DNA of 64,000 bases from the human T2T-CHM13v2.0 reference genome, Homo sapiens, in the NCBI RefSeq assembly GCF_009914755.1, contig NC_060937.1; one strand, written 5' to 3'. Positions 30,872 to 45,047 of the stretch are shown here, piece by piece; within the stretch, counting starts at the first letter, position 1; every line of letters starts with the position of its first letter. Below the pieces are notes generated by a model. That model searched no databases. It was not told the DNA's origin and saw only the letters and a list, made by a program, of their open reading frames with translations. A program made the position numbers and the translations under genes.

Positions 30872-31075
30872 ATTTTTTCTTTTTCTTTTTTTTTTTTTTA
30901 GACAGAGTCTCACTGCCACCCAGGCTGAAGTGCAGTGGCTCAATACTGGCTCACTACAACCTCCACCTACCAGGTTCAAGTGATTCTCCTAACTGAGCCT
31001 TACGAGCAGCTGGGATTACAGGCACCTGCCACCACACCCGGCTAATTCTTTTATTTTTAGTAGAGACGGGTTTCA
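30872..31075 (-). mobile_element. Partial Alu, duplicated copy of the 28.9-kb Alu
   Basis: Shares unique flank and private variants (CTGAGC, GGCACCTGCCACCA) with the Alu at 28861. Confidence 0.85.
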
Positions 31076-31089
31076 ACTAAACGTACATC

Positions 31090-31234
31090 GGGGAGTACAA
31101 TTTTCTTTACTCAGTCCAGCAATTCAAATGTTAATTTCATCCAAAAACACCCTTCCAGAAACACCCAAAATAATGTTTGACCATATCTGGGCACCCTATA
31201 ACCTAGTAAAGTTAACACAAATTTAACCATCACA
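31090..31234 (-). mobile_element. MLT2 (ERVL) LTR 5' fragment
   Basis: Reverse complement begins TGTGATGGTTAAATTTGTGTTAACTTTACTAGG...GGTGCCCAGATATGGTCAAACATTATT, the MLT2 start. Confidence 0.75.
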
Positions 31235-33479
31235 TTTTCTAACAGAGGGTACTTAATGCAAGGAATGTGTCAGAAAACTGTTGGCATGGCTAAAAGAACA
31301 AAAATGGAAAGACACAGTTACCTAGGGATGGAGGGGAAAAAAGGGGAAATAAAGTTACCTAGAGTGGATGCCGAGGCTGCCAGAGCAGCCACTGCCGCTG
31401 TTGCAACTGTGTTGCTGTACTCTGTGGTTAAGTTTTGCACCTGCGTTGTCACTGACACCACAGGAGCACAGAGGCCAGAAGATGCCTACTTTTGTTGCTG
31501 CTGCTGCTACTGAAGCCGGAACCTGTAAGTGCTATGCTGCCAGTTCTTTTGCTGAAACTGCCTGATCAGGATACCCAGGAGCCTACACTTGCTCATTTGC
31601 CACTGCTACTGTCCAAGGTGCTGCCACAAGCAGGGCGGAAAAAAATGGCCTCTTCCTCTTTCCACCCTTCCCCTAACATCCTACCTAATGCCTCCCTCGG
31701 GGCACTGCTTATGCTTAACCCTAAGCTCTCAGGCAAGGCAATCTAGCAAATACCATTTGCAGCCTTTCAATCTCCTGTGATTTAAAGGAGAGCATGAGAG
31801 GATAGGAATGGGGCTGAAAGCCAACAGCCATATCACCAGAACAGTAACACTAACCCTATGATCACTATTATTTTGCTGTACAGTTTGTCCCACATAGGGT
31901 ATCAGCTCTGCTCTTTTATTCTCCAAGCCTTGCTCTGAAAAAGGCTGCTGTGTGTAGCAAACTTTTTTGAAGGCTTTATGTAATTGAGGATATAATAAAT
32001 AAGGAAAAAAAACTCAAAGTTGGATACTAATTATGATTATTTCCATAAACCAAGAGAATAAAACATAAACGTAAATACTTCCATGGGAGTTTTCTCTGGT
32101 CTTGCTCCAGGTCCCAGTCTTGCTTGTGTCTCTTGCTCAAGTCCATCTACTTGGTTCAGCTCCCTGCAGCCCCATATCTCCTCTCCACTCACTTCCTGCA
32201 TCCTTACCCCGGCCCCACAACTCACTGTGCCCCATGAAATGCTGCCAATCAGTCTTTCTTTGACAGAACAATTTATCTTTCCTTGTTTTCTCAGTCTAAC
32301 CTATCAAGGTACTTTTTAAAATAAAATATCCATCCACCCTAGATATGAATTTTGCCATTGCAAAAGCAATTGCAGTCCATTTTTGTCTTAAATGGCCGTT
32401 TTTTTCTTTCAGCTATTATTAAGATCTTTTTAAAAATATAATTTTAGGAATGCCAAGCCTCTTAGGTGCAGCAAATTATACTTCGCTGTATACTGTTTAC
32501 TACTATCCACTCGACTCTGTGTGTCATATGCAGACATTACTGTAACAATGTATATTCTTAGTTATATAGTAAAATAAAGTTTTCACATCATTGAAAAGTT
32601 GGTAGCATACCCCTGAAGGTTATCAGCACAGCAACTGAGAATCTCTAAAGTAGCAGGTAATTGCAAGTATGAAAGTAAATATAATGAATAAGACATCAGG
32701 CTTACTTTCCAGGAGTTTCTAGTCCATGGGGGGTTAGTGTACCACAAGTAAAAACTATAAAATAAAGTGCTTCAAGAACAAAAGAAGAAGAAGAAGCATG
32801 AGAGCTTGAACGGGCTTTTGTAAGAAATGGTCCCAAAGCTGAAGCTTGGAGAATTAGTCGGGACAGGAAATGAGAGGGAGGAAAAAAGATATGTAGATGG
32901 GAGCATGCCACAGGAGGGGGCAGGGATGCAGAAGAATGCAGCCATGCTCAAGAAACAGAGTTGTTAACATAAGAAAGTCTTAAAATTCTAATTGACCTGA
33001 ATGGCTTTTTCATTCATGCTTTTACATAGGGCTCACATCACTGTTTCAGCAAGGAGCCACAAATCTAGATTCTTTGCTTTATTCCCACCTACTTTTTTCA
33101 GATACAAGAGGTAGAGGATAAAAATACAAGTTCAGAGGGGACAGATACTACTTGCAAAATGCCAGTGAACCCTGATTGTGGAAACTAGAATGCTAATCGA
33201 ACAGGGTTTACCTGTGAATCTGGGGCAGGTTGAAGAAGAAAAGCTTAGGCATATTTAAGTCTCTTCACTTCTCTTATGTATTAGTAAATGGTTCATTTTA
33301 TCTTGCTCTGTTTAAGCCTATGAATCTTCTCTACCTCTATCCATTGACTTCTGCTTTTCCTAAAATTGGTAAATTTGATTCTGCATTTCTCTGCATTCCT
33401 GGCTTTACTTTTCTATTTGGTAGTGTTTCCAAATCTTATCTAGAAGCATAATGTAGATTCACGGTTGCTTCCCTCCTTT

Positions 33480-33682
33480 CAGTGGTTCTCAACCCTGTGT
33501 GGTACAATCTCTATAGAAACAGGAAGGAGTCATAGTTTTGGTTGTCGCAATGTCTGAGGGATGTCACCAGCATTTAGTGTGGGTGGGGGATGCCAAATGC
33601 TAAAAATCATACAGTTCTTGGGATACTCTAGCAAAGTAATTTTCTCATCCAAAATGCTAATAGTCCTCTTCATTGAGAAATA
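33480..33682. mobile_element. MER20-like hAT MITE
   Basis: CAGTGGTTCTCAACC...TTTTGGTTGTCGCAA...AATGCTAATAGTCC...TTGAGAAA. Confidence 0.6.
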
Positions 33683-36514
33683 TTTTCTTTTGATGTCTTT
33701 ATTTGTAGACTTATCAAATAGGCCCAAGTGCTTCAGCAGAATGGACCAAAATTCTTTCACTTACAGTCCAGTATAGTGCTTTGTACAGTGTTTTTACAAA
33801 TTAGGGATCAAGAGGAGCTTGTTGATATAATATTGGATTTATTGCTGTGGTCCAGGAATGCAGAAATCCAGCCCTAGCTCCCCTGCCTGCTTAGGATGCT
33901 GTTTTCCTTACAAGAGCTTCACAAGCATTTTACAAATTGTCTTTATCCATTATCAGCCTGCTTCCTCCCACATCCCATCCCCCAGATTGCAGAAAGTTCT
34001 GAACAGAAAGAGATATAGAATGGGAAGGAAAATATCACTTCATTAATGGCTGAACAAATGCTTGATACATCAAGGAGAGCATTTTTTTAAATTTTTTATT
34101 GGAGACTAAGGTTTATATTTGGTGACCTATGCTGAGCTGTTGACCCCTACTCAGCCCCACCCTAACCTCCTGTCCACCCCTCCATCCTCATAAATACAGA
34201 CCTTTCCAAGTGGCTAGACTGAGGAAGAAAGTTAAAGAAGGAAAGAACTACCACTAAGTAGCTAGGGTAAGCCTTAGTTTAATTTATCTATTTGTTTTAG
34301 TTTATTAGCCAAGGGACAAATATATAAGGAATCCAAAATAGAAAAAGAGAGAAATCTGACTGTGATCTCCTGCAAGATCCAGTCCCTATCTAGTCTACAT
34401 CCTAGAGACAGACGCAGCAGACAGAATGTAAAGAAGACAAATAAGGCTGAGCTTCCCAGCTCTAAGTATAGAGCTTCTTAATGCTATAGTAATCCTGTTC
34501 AGTAGAAAACTGTGACCTAAAGAGTGACCCTTTCTCTGACCCCTCATTTCCTTTCCTCCTTCAGAGAGATGAAGAATCAAGAACAGGGTCAGCAGAAACA
34601 GGCCTTGGAAGATAAGTGGAAGAACCCACATGCCCTATATCTTAAGTCCATATGTGCTTGTTGATCAAACGTGACCATAAATAGGATTTTTGGGCGTCTT
34701 GACTTGAAATTTGGTTTGGAGATATGAGGTGCATACCAGAAAGAAAGATGACTCCATCTGGAAGATTATGAAGGGAAAGTATAGCGAAGGGGAGAAAGGT
34801 TGATCCGCTATCTAAGGGTAGAATCAGCAATATTTGATGATGAAGTGGACATAGAAGCTAGGGAGAGGAGGGAGTCAAGTTAATAATCAGTTTTCAGAGT
34901 GGGACTCCTGACTAAAATGCAGAATATAGGATGAGAAACATGTTCGGTGCAAGAAGATTTCTTTTTGGCATCAGTTAAATCTAGATGGGGTGGGGTATCC
35001 AGATGAAGATCCCCAGGAGGCGAGGCAATTGTTGTATGCACCAGGCGTTCAGTAAAGAAGTCTAGGTCATTTATTTCCTTTTCTGACACTAAGCTTCTAT
35101 TTATTCTTCATGGTCCAACCCAAATGTTCTCTTTTACTGACCCAAATGAACAGAGTTATATGTAATTGTTGTTCTCAACACATTTTATACCACTTCTGAT
35201 AAAGTACTTATCATATTTTTTATTGCTGTTTTCATCTCTTTTGTTATACATGAAGTCCTAGATCATGACTTGTTCATCTTTACATCCCCAGTAGTTAGCA
35301 TAGCTTAAATAATACTTATTGAAGTGAAATTAATGAATATTTTTGTTAAATGATTGATAGAATATTCTGAGAAATTTGGTAATTCATATGATATTTAAGG
35401 CAATTGGCAAGTGGTAGTTTAGTATCTACTCAATATTCCCCAGTCATTGGGTTCTTTCTTGTTCCTAAAGCAGCCACACTAACTCCCATTTTAGATTGTG
35501 ATTGTAGACAGAAGTTCCTCTGCCTGGAATGTTACTTCAGATCTTTCCATTGTTATTCCTTATTTTCATACGATCTCTTCAGAGAGGCATTCCAATCAGA
35601 AGGAATGCCATCCCAACTCAGAGCCCTTTACCTTATCACCCTGCTCTGCTTTCTTCATTGCACGTATCACTACTGTCTGTCTGCTCCCACACAAAGTTAG
35701 GTCTGTAAGAGCAGAGAACTCCTCTGTCTCATGCTCTGCTAGATCCCTACTGCCTAGAAGTTGGCCCTCAATAAATATTTGTTGACTAATAAATGAAGCA
35801 GGTCATCCCCAAGGGACAGATACGTTGCCATGAACATTTACAAAAACCTTTGGATTTGCTCTAATTTGGATTTATGCATTGAGAAATAAAGACCTTTGTG
35901 GTAGTTTTCACATCCTCATGGGTTTTTCTCTCTACCTGCAGTTTTCCACTTTAGTGAATCCTGAGGCATACACTCAAGAATCCTGCAGCCCTTTGTTTTC
36001 ACAGCTGAGTTGCAGTGATTACAACTTCAGTGATGATAGACTGGATTCTTTCTAACATCTCTTTGTTGGAGATTTTATCTTCTTTAGTATCACCCATGAG
36101 CAGGAACAAAAAATAAGTATGCCATTATGGCAGGTTCATGAATCTCCTCTACATTAGCAGGAAAATAGATAGAACATCTGAAGGAACCATATGCAGTACA
36201 ATTGTTGCTGCCTCAAGAAATGTGACCAAGACTCTGTAACACCCTGTCTGCACAGTTGGTAAATTGCCTAGTTAAGTCTGGACTCAAACTGTGTTACCAC
36301 TTTTAAACTGTGTTAAATTTCTTAGTACTTTAGACTTGATGGGGTGAGCCCATTTACTGTGACGAAAGGATTACCTTTAAGTCGGTCTTCTACTTTAAGT
36401 AAGTAGTATTTAAGTAGTATTTCTCCTTTAATGAGTCTAACAAAAGAGGGCTATAGTTTATTACCTATGGGTGAGATTAAAGAAAAAGAGGACTCTGAAA
36501 CACATGGGAATCTA

Positions 36515-36893
<379 letters not shown>

Positions 36894-37262
36894 AAAAAGT
36901 CATTAGAATGATAGGGTCTGGAAAAACCAATCTTGGGTCACGAATACATATTCAAAAGTAGTTTAGAACATTTATAAACTTAAATTTGAAATTTTGAAAA
37001 TATTTTCTTTTAATCTGTATGAGTCTAAATATTTGCCTTTCCTTAATAATTTTGAAATTAGTAGTCATCAAAGGGGTTGGCAATCATGGCAAGTGGCTAT
37101 TAATGATTGACTTAGAAAATAATACTAATTGCAATAATACTAATTGCATTCATTAATTCATTTATACATTTTTAAAAGTCCTCCAACATTTTTTCTTATT
37201 CTCCTTTGCTCATAAGCTTCAATATCCACATTCTCTGATCCTTATTTTGATCTTTTAAAATA

Positions 37263-37372
37263 CCTGTTGAGTATCCCTTAACCAAAATGCATGGAACCAG
37301 AGGTATTTTGGACTTTGGATTTTTTTCAGATTTTGGAATATTTGCATTATACTTACCAGTTGAGCATCCCTA
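37263..37372. mobile_element. Partial Tigger4a/MER46A copy (part of a local duplication)
   Basis: First ~110 nt of the element, preceded by the same unique flank as the 38.7-kb copy. Confidence 0.8.
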
Positions 37373-38689
37373 TTCTCCTTTGCAACAGGGTGCTAATATT
37401 CTCTTCTGTCTTTCTTGTTTTGTATGATAGTCTATGCCCACCTAACTCTGGAAGTTAACATCTATGCCAGCAACAGTTTTCTAAATTTGTCCTCATCTTT
37501 CACGTTTCATCCTTCAAATATCTCTTGAGATTTTTGGTTTCTATGCTCCACTTAATTTTGTGTTAGAATCTTTCACGAGTTGTCCAGTCCCAAGAAACCC
37601 ATCAAACTTCACATGTCTTTACTGACAAATGGACATTGAATTTCTCATTGATTTTACTGATCTCTGGGGAGGTGTGCTCCCTGAAGGCAGCACTTTTATT
37701 TCCAGTGAAAAAGGCACAGTTAAGCAATATGGGAAAGGCATTTCTGAATTTTAGGACCAGTCCTAAAATTGAGTTTGGGTCAGTTCTCTCTAGAAAAGAT
37801 TCTATTTTATTTACAGAGTAAAATTATTTTATTCCTTACAATAATATCAGAGGAGTTTTCCTACTATTTACATTCAGTCTTTGGCCCTAAGTCAAATAAT
37901 CAACTCTGAAAGGAGAAGATCTTTGAGATAAACTTATTCTGTACCCTATGGAGAAAGCTAAGTTCTTTGGAGGCCTCTAGTTATAGCTCCCTAAGAACTA
38001 TAAGGGAAGATAATAGGCAACTGACTTCAAAAAATTTTGTTCTATTTTTTTGAAAACTCAACTCATTTATGCTCTCCAGTGTCTTATCTCCATACTGCTC
38101 TGTGTTTTACTTCTGAGTCAAACTTCCTTCCCTCCCAAATATTTTCACTGTGATGTCTGGAAACCTCATTAGAGGACATCCACTCCATTTCTTTGCTTTA
38201 ATTAACATTCAGCTATCTCTATGGGGACATTGCTTCCCTTGACATATGCTCAACTGAAGGCTGGTCATTTTCCCAAATGCTAAGGTATCATAGAATTTAT
38301 TTAACAGAAGTGCATTGGCACAATTTTAGCTCCATATTTCCTATTCCCAACCACTATTCCTCTATTTTAACATAAAAGCCCCTTCTTTACTGTCTATCCA
38401 TTTAACTATAATGTCTTCTGACAACTGCCACATTTATTCCAGAACTTCCTCTCCATCCAAGTGACATCATTTTCTCATTTGGCTTCCCTTTCACATTCAT
38501 GTGGTTGACTCATCTAACACCTTAACCCCATAGGTTCTTCATTTCCTCAGCTCTGAGACTTTTTCTTGAGTTCGACCTTCCACTGCCTATGTCTTAGACA
38601 TTTTTTAAATGGCCTCAACTGTTCCATATTAAAAAAACATAAGTTTAAATATCCATATTCTCTGATCTTTATTTTGATCTTTTAAAATA

Positions 38690-38924
38690 CTTGTTGAGTA
38701 TCCGTTATCAAAAATGCATGGGACCAGAAGCATTTTGGATTTTGGATATTTTTCAGATTTTGGAATATTTGCATTATACTTACAAGTTGAGTATCCTTAA
38801 TTTGAAAATCTGAAATCTGAAATGCTCCAATGAACATTTCCTTTGAGCATCATGTAAGGGCTCAAAAAGTTTCAGATTTTGAAGTATTTCAGATTTAAGA
38901 TTTTCAGATTAGGGATACTCATTG
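38690..38924. mobile_element. Tigger4a/MER46A-like MITE (complete)
   Basis: Inverted ends TGAGTATCC ... GGATACTCA; internal AAATGCTCCAATGAACATTTCCTTTGAGCATCATG. Confidence 0.8.
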
Positions 38925-40340
38925 TTTGGCTGCCTTGGCTTGGGACCACAATTTTATCTCCTGCTAGGGCAGGCTCTTCAGAGTCACTTCTTACAGCTGC
39001 TTCAGTGTGGGGAAGCAGTTGACAGGCTTACTGTGAAGCTCCTCCCAGACTTTAGCCAACTTCAATCTCAAGCCACAGGCAGAGAGTCTTCTTCGTGTAG
39101 TTATAGTCCTTTCCTGCCCTGTTTTATGTTATTTAGCTCCAGCTTGAGTTCCTCTCTTGGAGCCTTTACTAAAAGTAGCAAAAAGCAAGCGTCTTATACC
39201 AAACACTTGAAATGTTTTACTCCATGTTCTTTGGAGTTAGAGGTTCAGATGGCATGTGCTCTACCTTCCATGACATCATAGATGGTGGTTTTAACAAACA
39301 TTTGTCCATGACCTAGCTAAACTCACCAGCTGTATCACTGTCACTTGCTGGGGAATTCCGAGTAAATGCCACATATTTCAGATTCTGTTCTGTTTAGCTT
39401 CTCTTCCAGGTACAAAGTTTTGTGTTAGTTAAGATATAGGTTTGGTGGTTGTGAAAGAAGTTCAAAATAAGAGTGGCTTAGACAAGAAAAGAGACTATTT
39501 CCTGGTCACACGATAGAACAAGTTGTTAATGCGGCATAGCTTTACAGGGTGGTCAGTACTTGGGTATCTTCTATTTTTCTTTTATCCAATCAGTAAGGCA
39601 TGGCCTTTATGGCCCAAAAGAGCTTATCACCACATCTGCATGTTAGCTATGGAAAAGGGGAAAATACTCCCTTCACTGACACACAGCAGTCACCAAAGCT
39701 GGTCATGTGGCTATTGAGAAGGTGCAAGGGCAGCTGGGAAAACTGCAATGCATTCTGGGTATTGCTGAGGAGGCAGCCACACTCATCTACTCTGATATTG
39801 AGAATTACATGTGATTGCTTTTAATTTTCATGTTGAACTTATCATTATGTGAGTTGGAACATTAAAGAAAAAATACACAAACAAATAAACTAGAGAATAT
39901 TTTCCACTCCATTCATGTGACTGCCAGTCTTTGATGGAGTTTCAACCTGACAGAGATGAGAGGCAGAGCTCACAGGATAGGAAGATTTGAATTTGACTTT
40001 ACTTTTAAATGCTTTCCTAATAACTGACTCCAAAAGTTAAATAAAAAAAAAAAAGTGTTTAATTTTTCCCTTTATCTCTAGGTAGCCCTACATTAACATT
40101 ATTAACATTATCATGAATACATTCCATTTAAAGACCTCCTTGAAAAGACAGTTCACAAATTCCCTCTATTTATGTTTCTGAGTTTTCTAGCCAAAATAAA
40201 CATCTCAACTTGTGCATTTCCTTTACGTAAGGGTGTGCAGTTGTGATAAACAAATTATATATGAAACTGACATGATACTAGAACAGAAACTCTTTGAATA
40301 CTGAGGCTGTGCATTTTTTAGGTTAGTAGATACTTTGCAA

Positions 40341-40727
<387 letters not shown>

Positions 40728-41622
40728 TGAGGAAGGATAATGAAACTCTACTATCAGTAGAAGGATGCTTGGATTATGAAGTGCAACACTTTATAGCCTA
40801 TCTTGACTCTTCTCCCAAACTTCATAGAAGTAAAGATGGGATTTTCTGAGTCTTTTTAACTTCCTAGGACTGGAGAGCCAGGAAGACAGAATAAAGGGGG
40901 AAAAGGGGCCTTACTTTTAACTTGGTACAAAGTTTATAATGGGAACGTAACAGTTTCAGAAAGCAGAATAGAAGAATCTTAGTAAAGAAACCAAGACAGG
41001 CAGCTTCATTTAACATTCTGCTCTTGAACTCATACTTTTATTATATACTTATATGTAGGGTTATTCTGAGGACCTACTATTCATTTTTCAAATAATTTAT
41101 ATTTTAATGTGTTTACATAGGTAATTTACATGACACTATTTTTAGAAATCCTGACCTATTTCAACCTGTCATGATTATCTATGGCTTAATTTCTTTGAAA
41201 AGCAATGAAGTCTCTCTGGAATCTAGCTATAATGATCTCTAATTTTGTAGTTCTCTAACTTGTTCACACACTTAGAATGACCTTTTATGCCTTTCCAACT
41301 ATGACATCTTCAATTGTTCTATGGTTTGGGTTCAAATGTTCACAAATACATAGTGCTGAAATGCATATTAAACACATATAAACAAGGGAGAAGAGAAGTT
41401 GACACAGAAACAGTAATACACAGTGTTCCAACCAATCCATGTAAGTTGCAATTTCTGGTTTCATATCTCATAATTCAAAATCCTGGAGAGCTGCCACTGA
41501 ATCATTTCTTCTCCTAATCATAAATACCTAGACCTGATACACCAGGGAATATCAGGATCTTGAAAAAAATGAAATAATGGAATAACAAAATAGCCTCAGG
41601 AAAGCAGCCTAAATATATTTTG

Positions 41623-41672
41623 TAGGTAGGTAGGTAGGTAGATAGATAGATAGATACCTAGATAGATAGATA
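41623..41672 (+). repeat. (TAGG)n(TAGA)n tetranucleotide STR
   Basis: Directly visible. Confidence 0.9.
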
Positions 41673-42380
41673 TTCCAAGACTATAAAACTATGAACCAAT
41701 TTTTAAAATAATATAATCTTCTAATATTATGTTGAGTTGTGATCATCTGCTTATGTAAAATTCAAGACACATTCAAAGAGATCCTTCAGTGATAATGTTT
41801 TAAAAGAAGGAAAAAGTTTTAGATGCTACTTGAGAAAAGGACAAAGTATAGCTGGAGTTTCTCTTTCTTCCGTTGTTATTACTTAATTACACTATCTTTC
41901 TGGCCACAAAATGAACAAAAAGATTCATTCACTTGTGTCATTAGGTACTAAGCATCAGCTGTCGATTCATTCATTTCACACATTTTACTAGTGACACTGA
42001 ATACTGCAGAGCCAAAGATGAAAGGGGAAGCAATCCACAGGCCAGTGAGAAGATGCATGATTGCCATTCAGGTACTGAGGGCTGCAACGGAGGAAGGGCG
42101 GTGAGGGCACTAATGAATTCTTGCTGTGTTCTGGTTGTTTTCTTATCCTAATAACAGCTCCCTGGAAATGGTACTATTAATCCCTAAAGAAACTAAAATT
42201 CAGAGAGATTAAATGACTTTCCCAAAATCACAAAACCAATATGCAATAGAGCCATAAATCCAATTCAGGCCTATCTCATATCACAATTATTTTCTGTCTG
42301 CTACACCAAGTGGCCTCCTTCAGTTTTGCAAGACGCCCTCAGTGCCAAGGCATGAGCCCTGACCAGGGAGTCAGAGAAAC

Positions 42381-42402
42381 TTTTTCTTTCTTTCTTTCTT
42401 TC

Positions 42403-42454
<52 letters not shown>

Positions 42455-42735
42455 TTCTTTTCTTTTCTTTTCTTTCTCTTTCTTTCTTTTTCTTTCTTTC
42501 TTTTTCTTTCTTTCTTTTCTTTCTTTCTTTTTCTTTCTTTCCTTCTTTCTTTCCCTTTCCTTCCTTCTTTCTTTCTTTCCTTTTTCTCTTTCTTTTTTCT
42601 TTTTCTTACTTTCTGTCTCTCTTTTTTTCTTTTTCTCTTCTTTCCTTTCTTTCCCTTCCTTCCTTCCTTTCCTTTTCCTTTTTTTCTTCCTTCCTTCCTT
42701 CCTTCCTTTCTTTTCTTCCTTTCTTTCTTTTTTAT
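42381..42735 (+). repeat. (TTTC)n/(CCTT)n pyrimidine tract (expanded Alu tail)
   Basis: About 350 nt, nearly all C/T, enclosed with the Alu by TSD TCAGAGAAACTTT. Confidence 0.96.
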
Positions 42736-42990
42736 TTGATGGAGTCTCACTCTGTAAGCCAAGGTGGAGTGCAGTGGTGTGATCTTGGCTCACTGCAACC
42801 TCTGCCTCCCAGGATCAAGTAATTCTCCAGCCTCAGCCTCCTGAGCAGCTGGAATTACAGGGGTGCGCCACCATGCCTGGCTAGTTTTTTGTATTTTAGT
42901 AAAGACGGGGTTTCACCATGTTGCCCAGGGTGGTCTCAAACTTCTGACCTCAGGCGATTCACCTGCCTCAGCCTCCCAAAGTGCTGAGAT
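42736..42990 (-). mobile_element. Alu (AluS-like), slightly 5'-truncated
   Basis: Reverse Alu ending GTGCTGAGAT; TSD TCAGAGAAACTTT at 42371 and 42991. Confidence 0.92.
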
Positions 42991-45026
42991 TCAGAGAAAC
43001 TTTCATGGAGGGGGGACAGATGGAGTCAAGTCTTGTGGGGTGAACAGGAGTACCACAGGTAGAACGAGGTTGTGAAAGATTTTCCAGACAGTTGGAAGAG
43101 CATGTGAAAGACAGATTTTGAGAAAGTCAAGTCTGGGGAACTGCAAGCCTTTTGGCACAAGAAAGCCACTGTGGATTGCAGAGGCAGGATGCCTAGATTC
43201 AAATCCCAACTGGTACACTTCTAAGCTTTGTAACTTTGGCAAGTTTTTACCCTCTTTTTTCTTATCTATAAAATATAGATAGTAATAGTACCTACCTAAT
43301 AAAGTTGTCAAAGAGTAAATGATATAATATATGTGAAGCATTTTGTCCAGTGATAGGAACCCAGGAAGGGCTCCATGAATATTATATATTATTATTATTC
43401 TAAAGTAGCTGGAATACAATGTTCAAAGGAGAGAGTGGCAGGAGACAAGTTTGAATTGAAAGATTGAGGCCAGAACATAAAGTGCCTCCTATATTATATT
43501 TTATATAATTGAAACATCATTGAAGGATTTAAGTGCTATTTATGTGTATGTGTGTGTTTTATATAATTAATTCTAGTTCAACATTTTAAAATATCTTTCT
43601 GATGTCACTGTGAACAACAGATGAGAAGAAGTGAATCCTGAGGTAAGGAGACCAACTCTCTGATTACTGCAATAATCCAGGGAGGGTACCATAAGGATTT
43701 CACCTGGAAATGAGTCCATCCTGATGGAGAGGAAGGACAGGGCTGAAAAATACTTAGGAAGTAATATCAGTAGGACTTGGTTAAGACAGAGCAGAGGCAG
43801 GCTACAGGGGTTGAAGGTGCCAATCACACAGATAGGGAAAATGGGAGGAGAAGCAGGATTTGAAAAAGTGGCTTGTCTTGTAAAATTATGTCCTGTTAAA
43901 ATAGTAAAAGAAATTAATATATTCAATCCCAAAATACAGGGACAATTCTGTTTGAAAGAGTTACCCAGATAATCTCGCTTGAAGTTTTCAGTTAAAAATA
44001 AAGAAATTTCTTGTTAACAAGTAATGTAGTCATAGAAGAAAACACTTAAAACTTTATTGAATAAAACTAATAAATCATTTAATATCATTTATAGGAAACT
44101 GTTATATAACATACACATTCAATACTTTTAGGTAAAGTATAAATTAATGGAAGGAGAGCACACACAGAGGTTGCATTATGTTTATGACTTTATTAGTCAA
44201 GAATACAAAATTGAGTAGCTACATCAAGCAGAAACAGATGCTTCACAATCCAGCATAGAATCCCTTGACTTCCAAATTCCCGAAATAGACACGTAAATAC
44301 AGATGACACTGTCAGAAAAAAATAGGGTCTCACCAGACCTATAATGTTCTTTTCTTGATATAAATATGCATATGAATTGCATACGGTCATATGGTGCCAA
44401 TGACCATTATTTCCTCTGGGCTTACCTATCCATCTAAGGAGAATTTACACCAACACTGTACTTCTACTTACAAGAATATATGAAAGCATAGTTAACTTCT
44501 GGCTTATGACCCCATCTTAGGATCAACAAAGCAGTCCTCTTGGGGGAAGCCCATTTTGCTACAATTTAAAGCCGTTATAAGCATTAAATAAAAGCTTAGT
44601 ACTTGTAATCTAGTGTGTTATAATGCAGCTAGGGAATTAGATTTCAGGTGTTTATTTTTAACACAAATCCATTAATTCTGACACCTAAGGCAAATGCTAG
44701 TCAACATGAATGGAGAAACTTTGATTAGTGGTATATGTTTTCAGATTTCTGGAACATTCATAGACTCCTCAATGTCTTATGTACTGAAATTTTTTAAACC
44801 ATTGTTTTCTCTAGAAACTAATGAAACTCATCAGAAACTCATTTTTCAATACTAAAACATAGTCATAAGTAGAATATTAATCTTACATTAATTAAGATGT
44901 TAACATATGTGAAATTTAATACTTCCTTTAAGGTATGAACATTTATCCAATTCATAATTTCAATGAAAGGAAATGTCTAAGAGAAACTGTTTTAATTCTT
45001 CAACCACAAGGACTACACAGAGCAGT

Positions 45027-45047
45027 TTCAGCACCAGGGATAGTAAC
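45027..45047 (+). promoter_or_regulatory. Candidate REST/NRSF RE1 element
   Basis: TTCAGCACCAGGGATAGTAAC versus consensus TTCAGCACCnnGGACAGCGCC: perfect left half, canonical 2-nt spacer, degenerate right half. Confidence 0.55.

Noticed and set aside
31256-31780. Cluster of ORFs with Ala/Cys runs (GCT-rich)
   Set aside because: Low-complexity GCT/ACT-rich sequence, probably a degraded LTR-type repeat; no splice or homology support.
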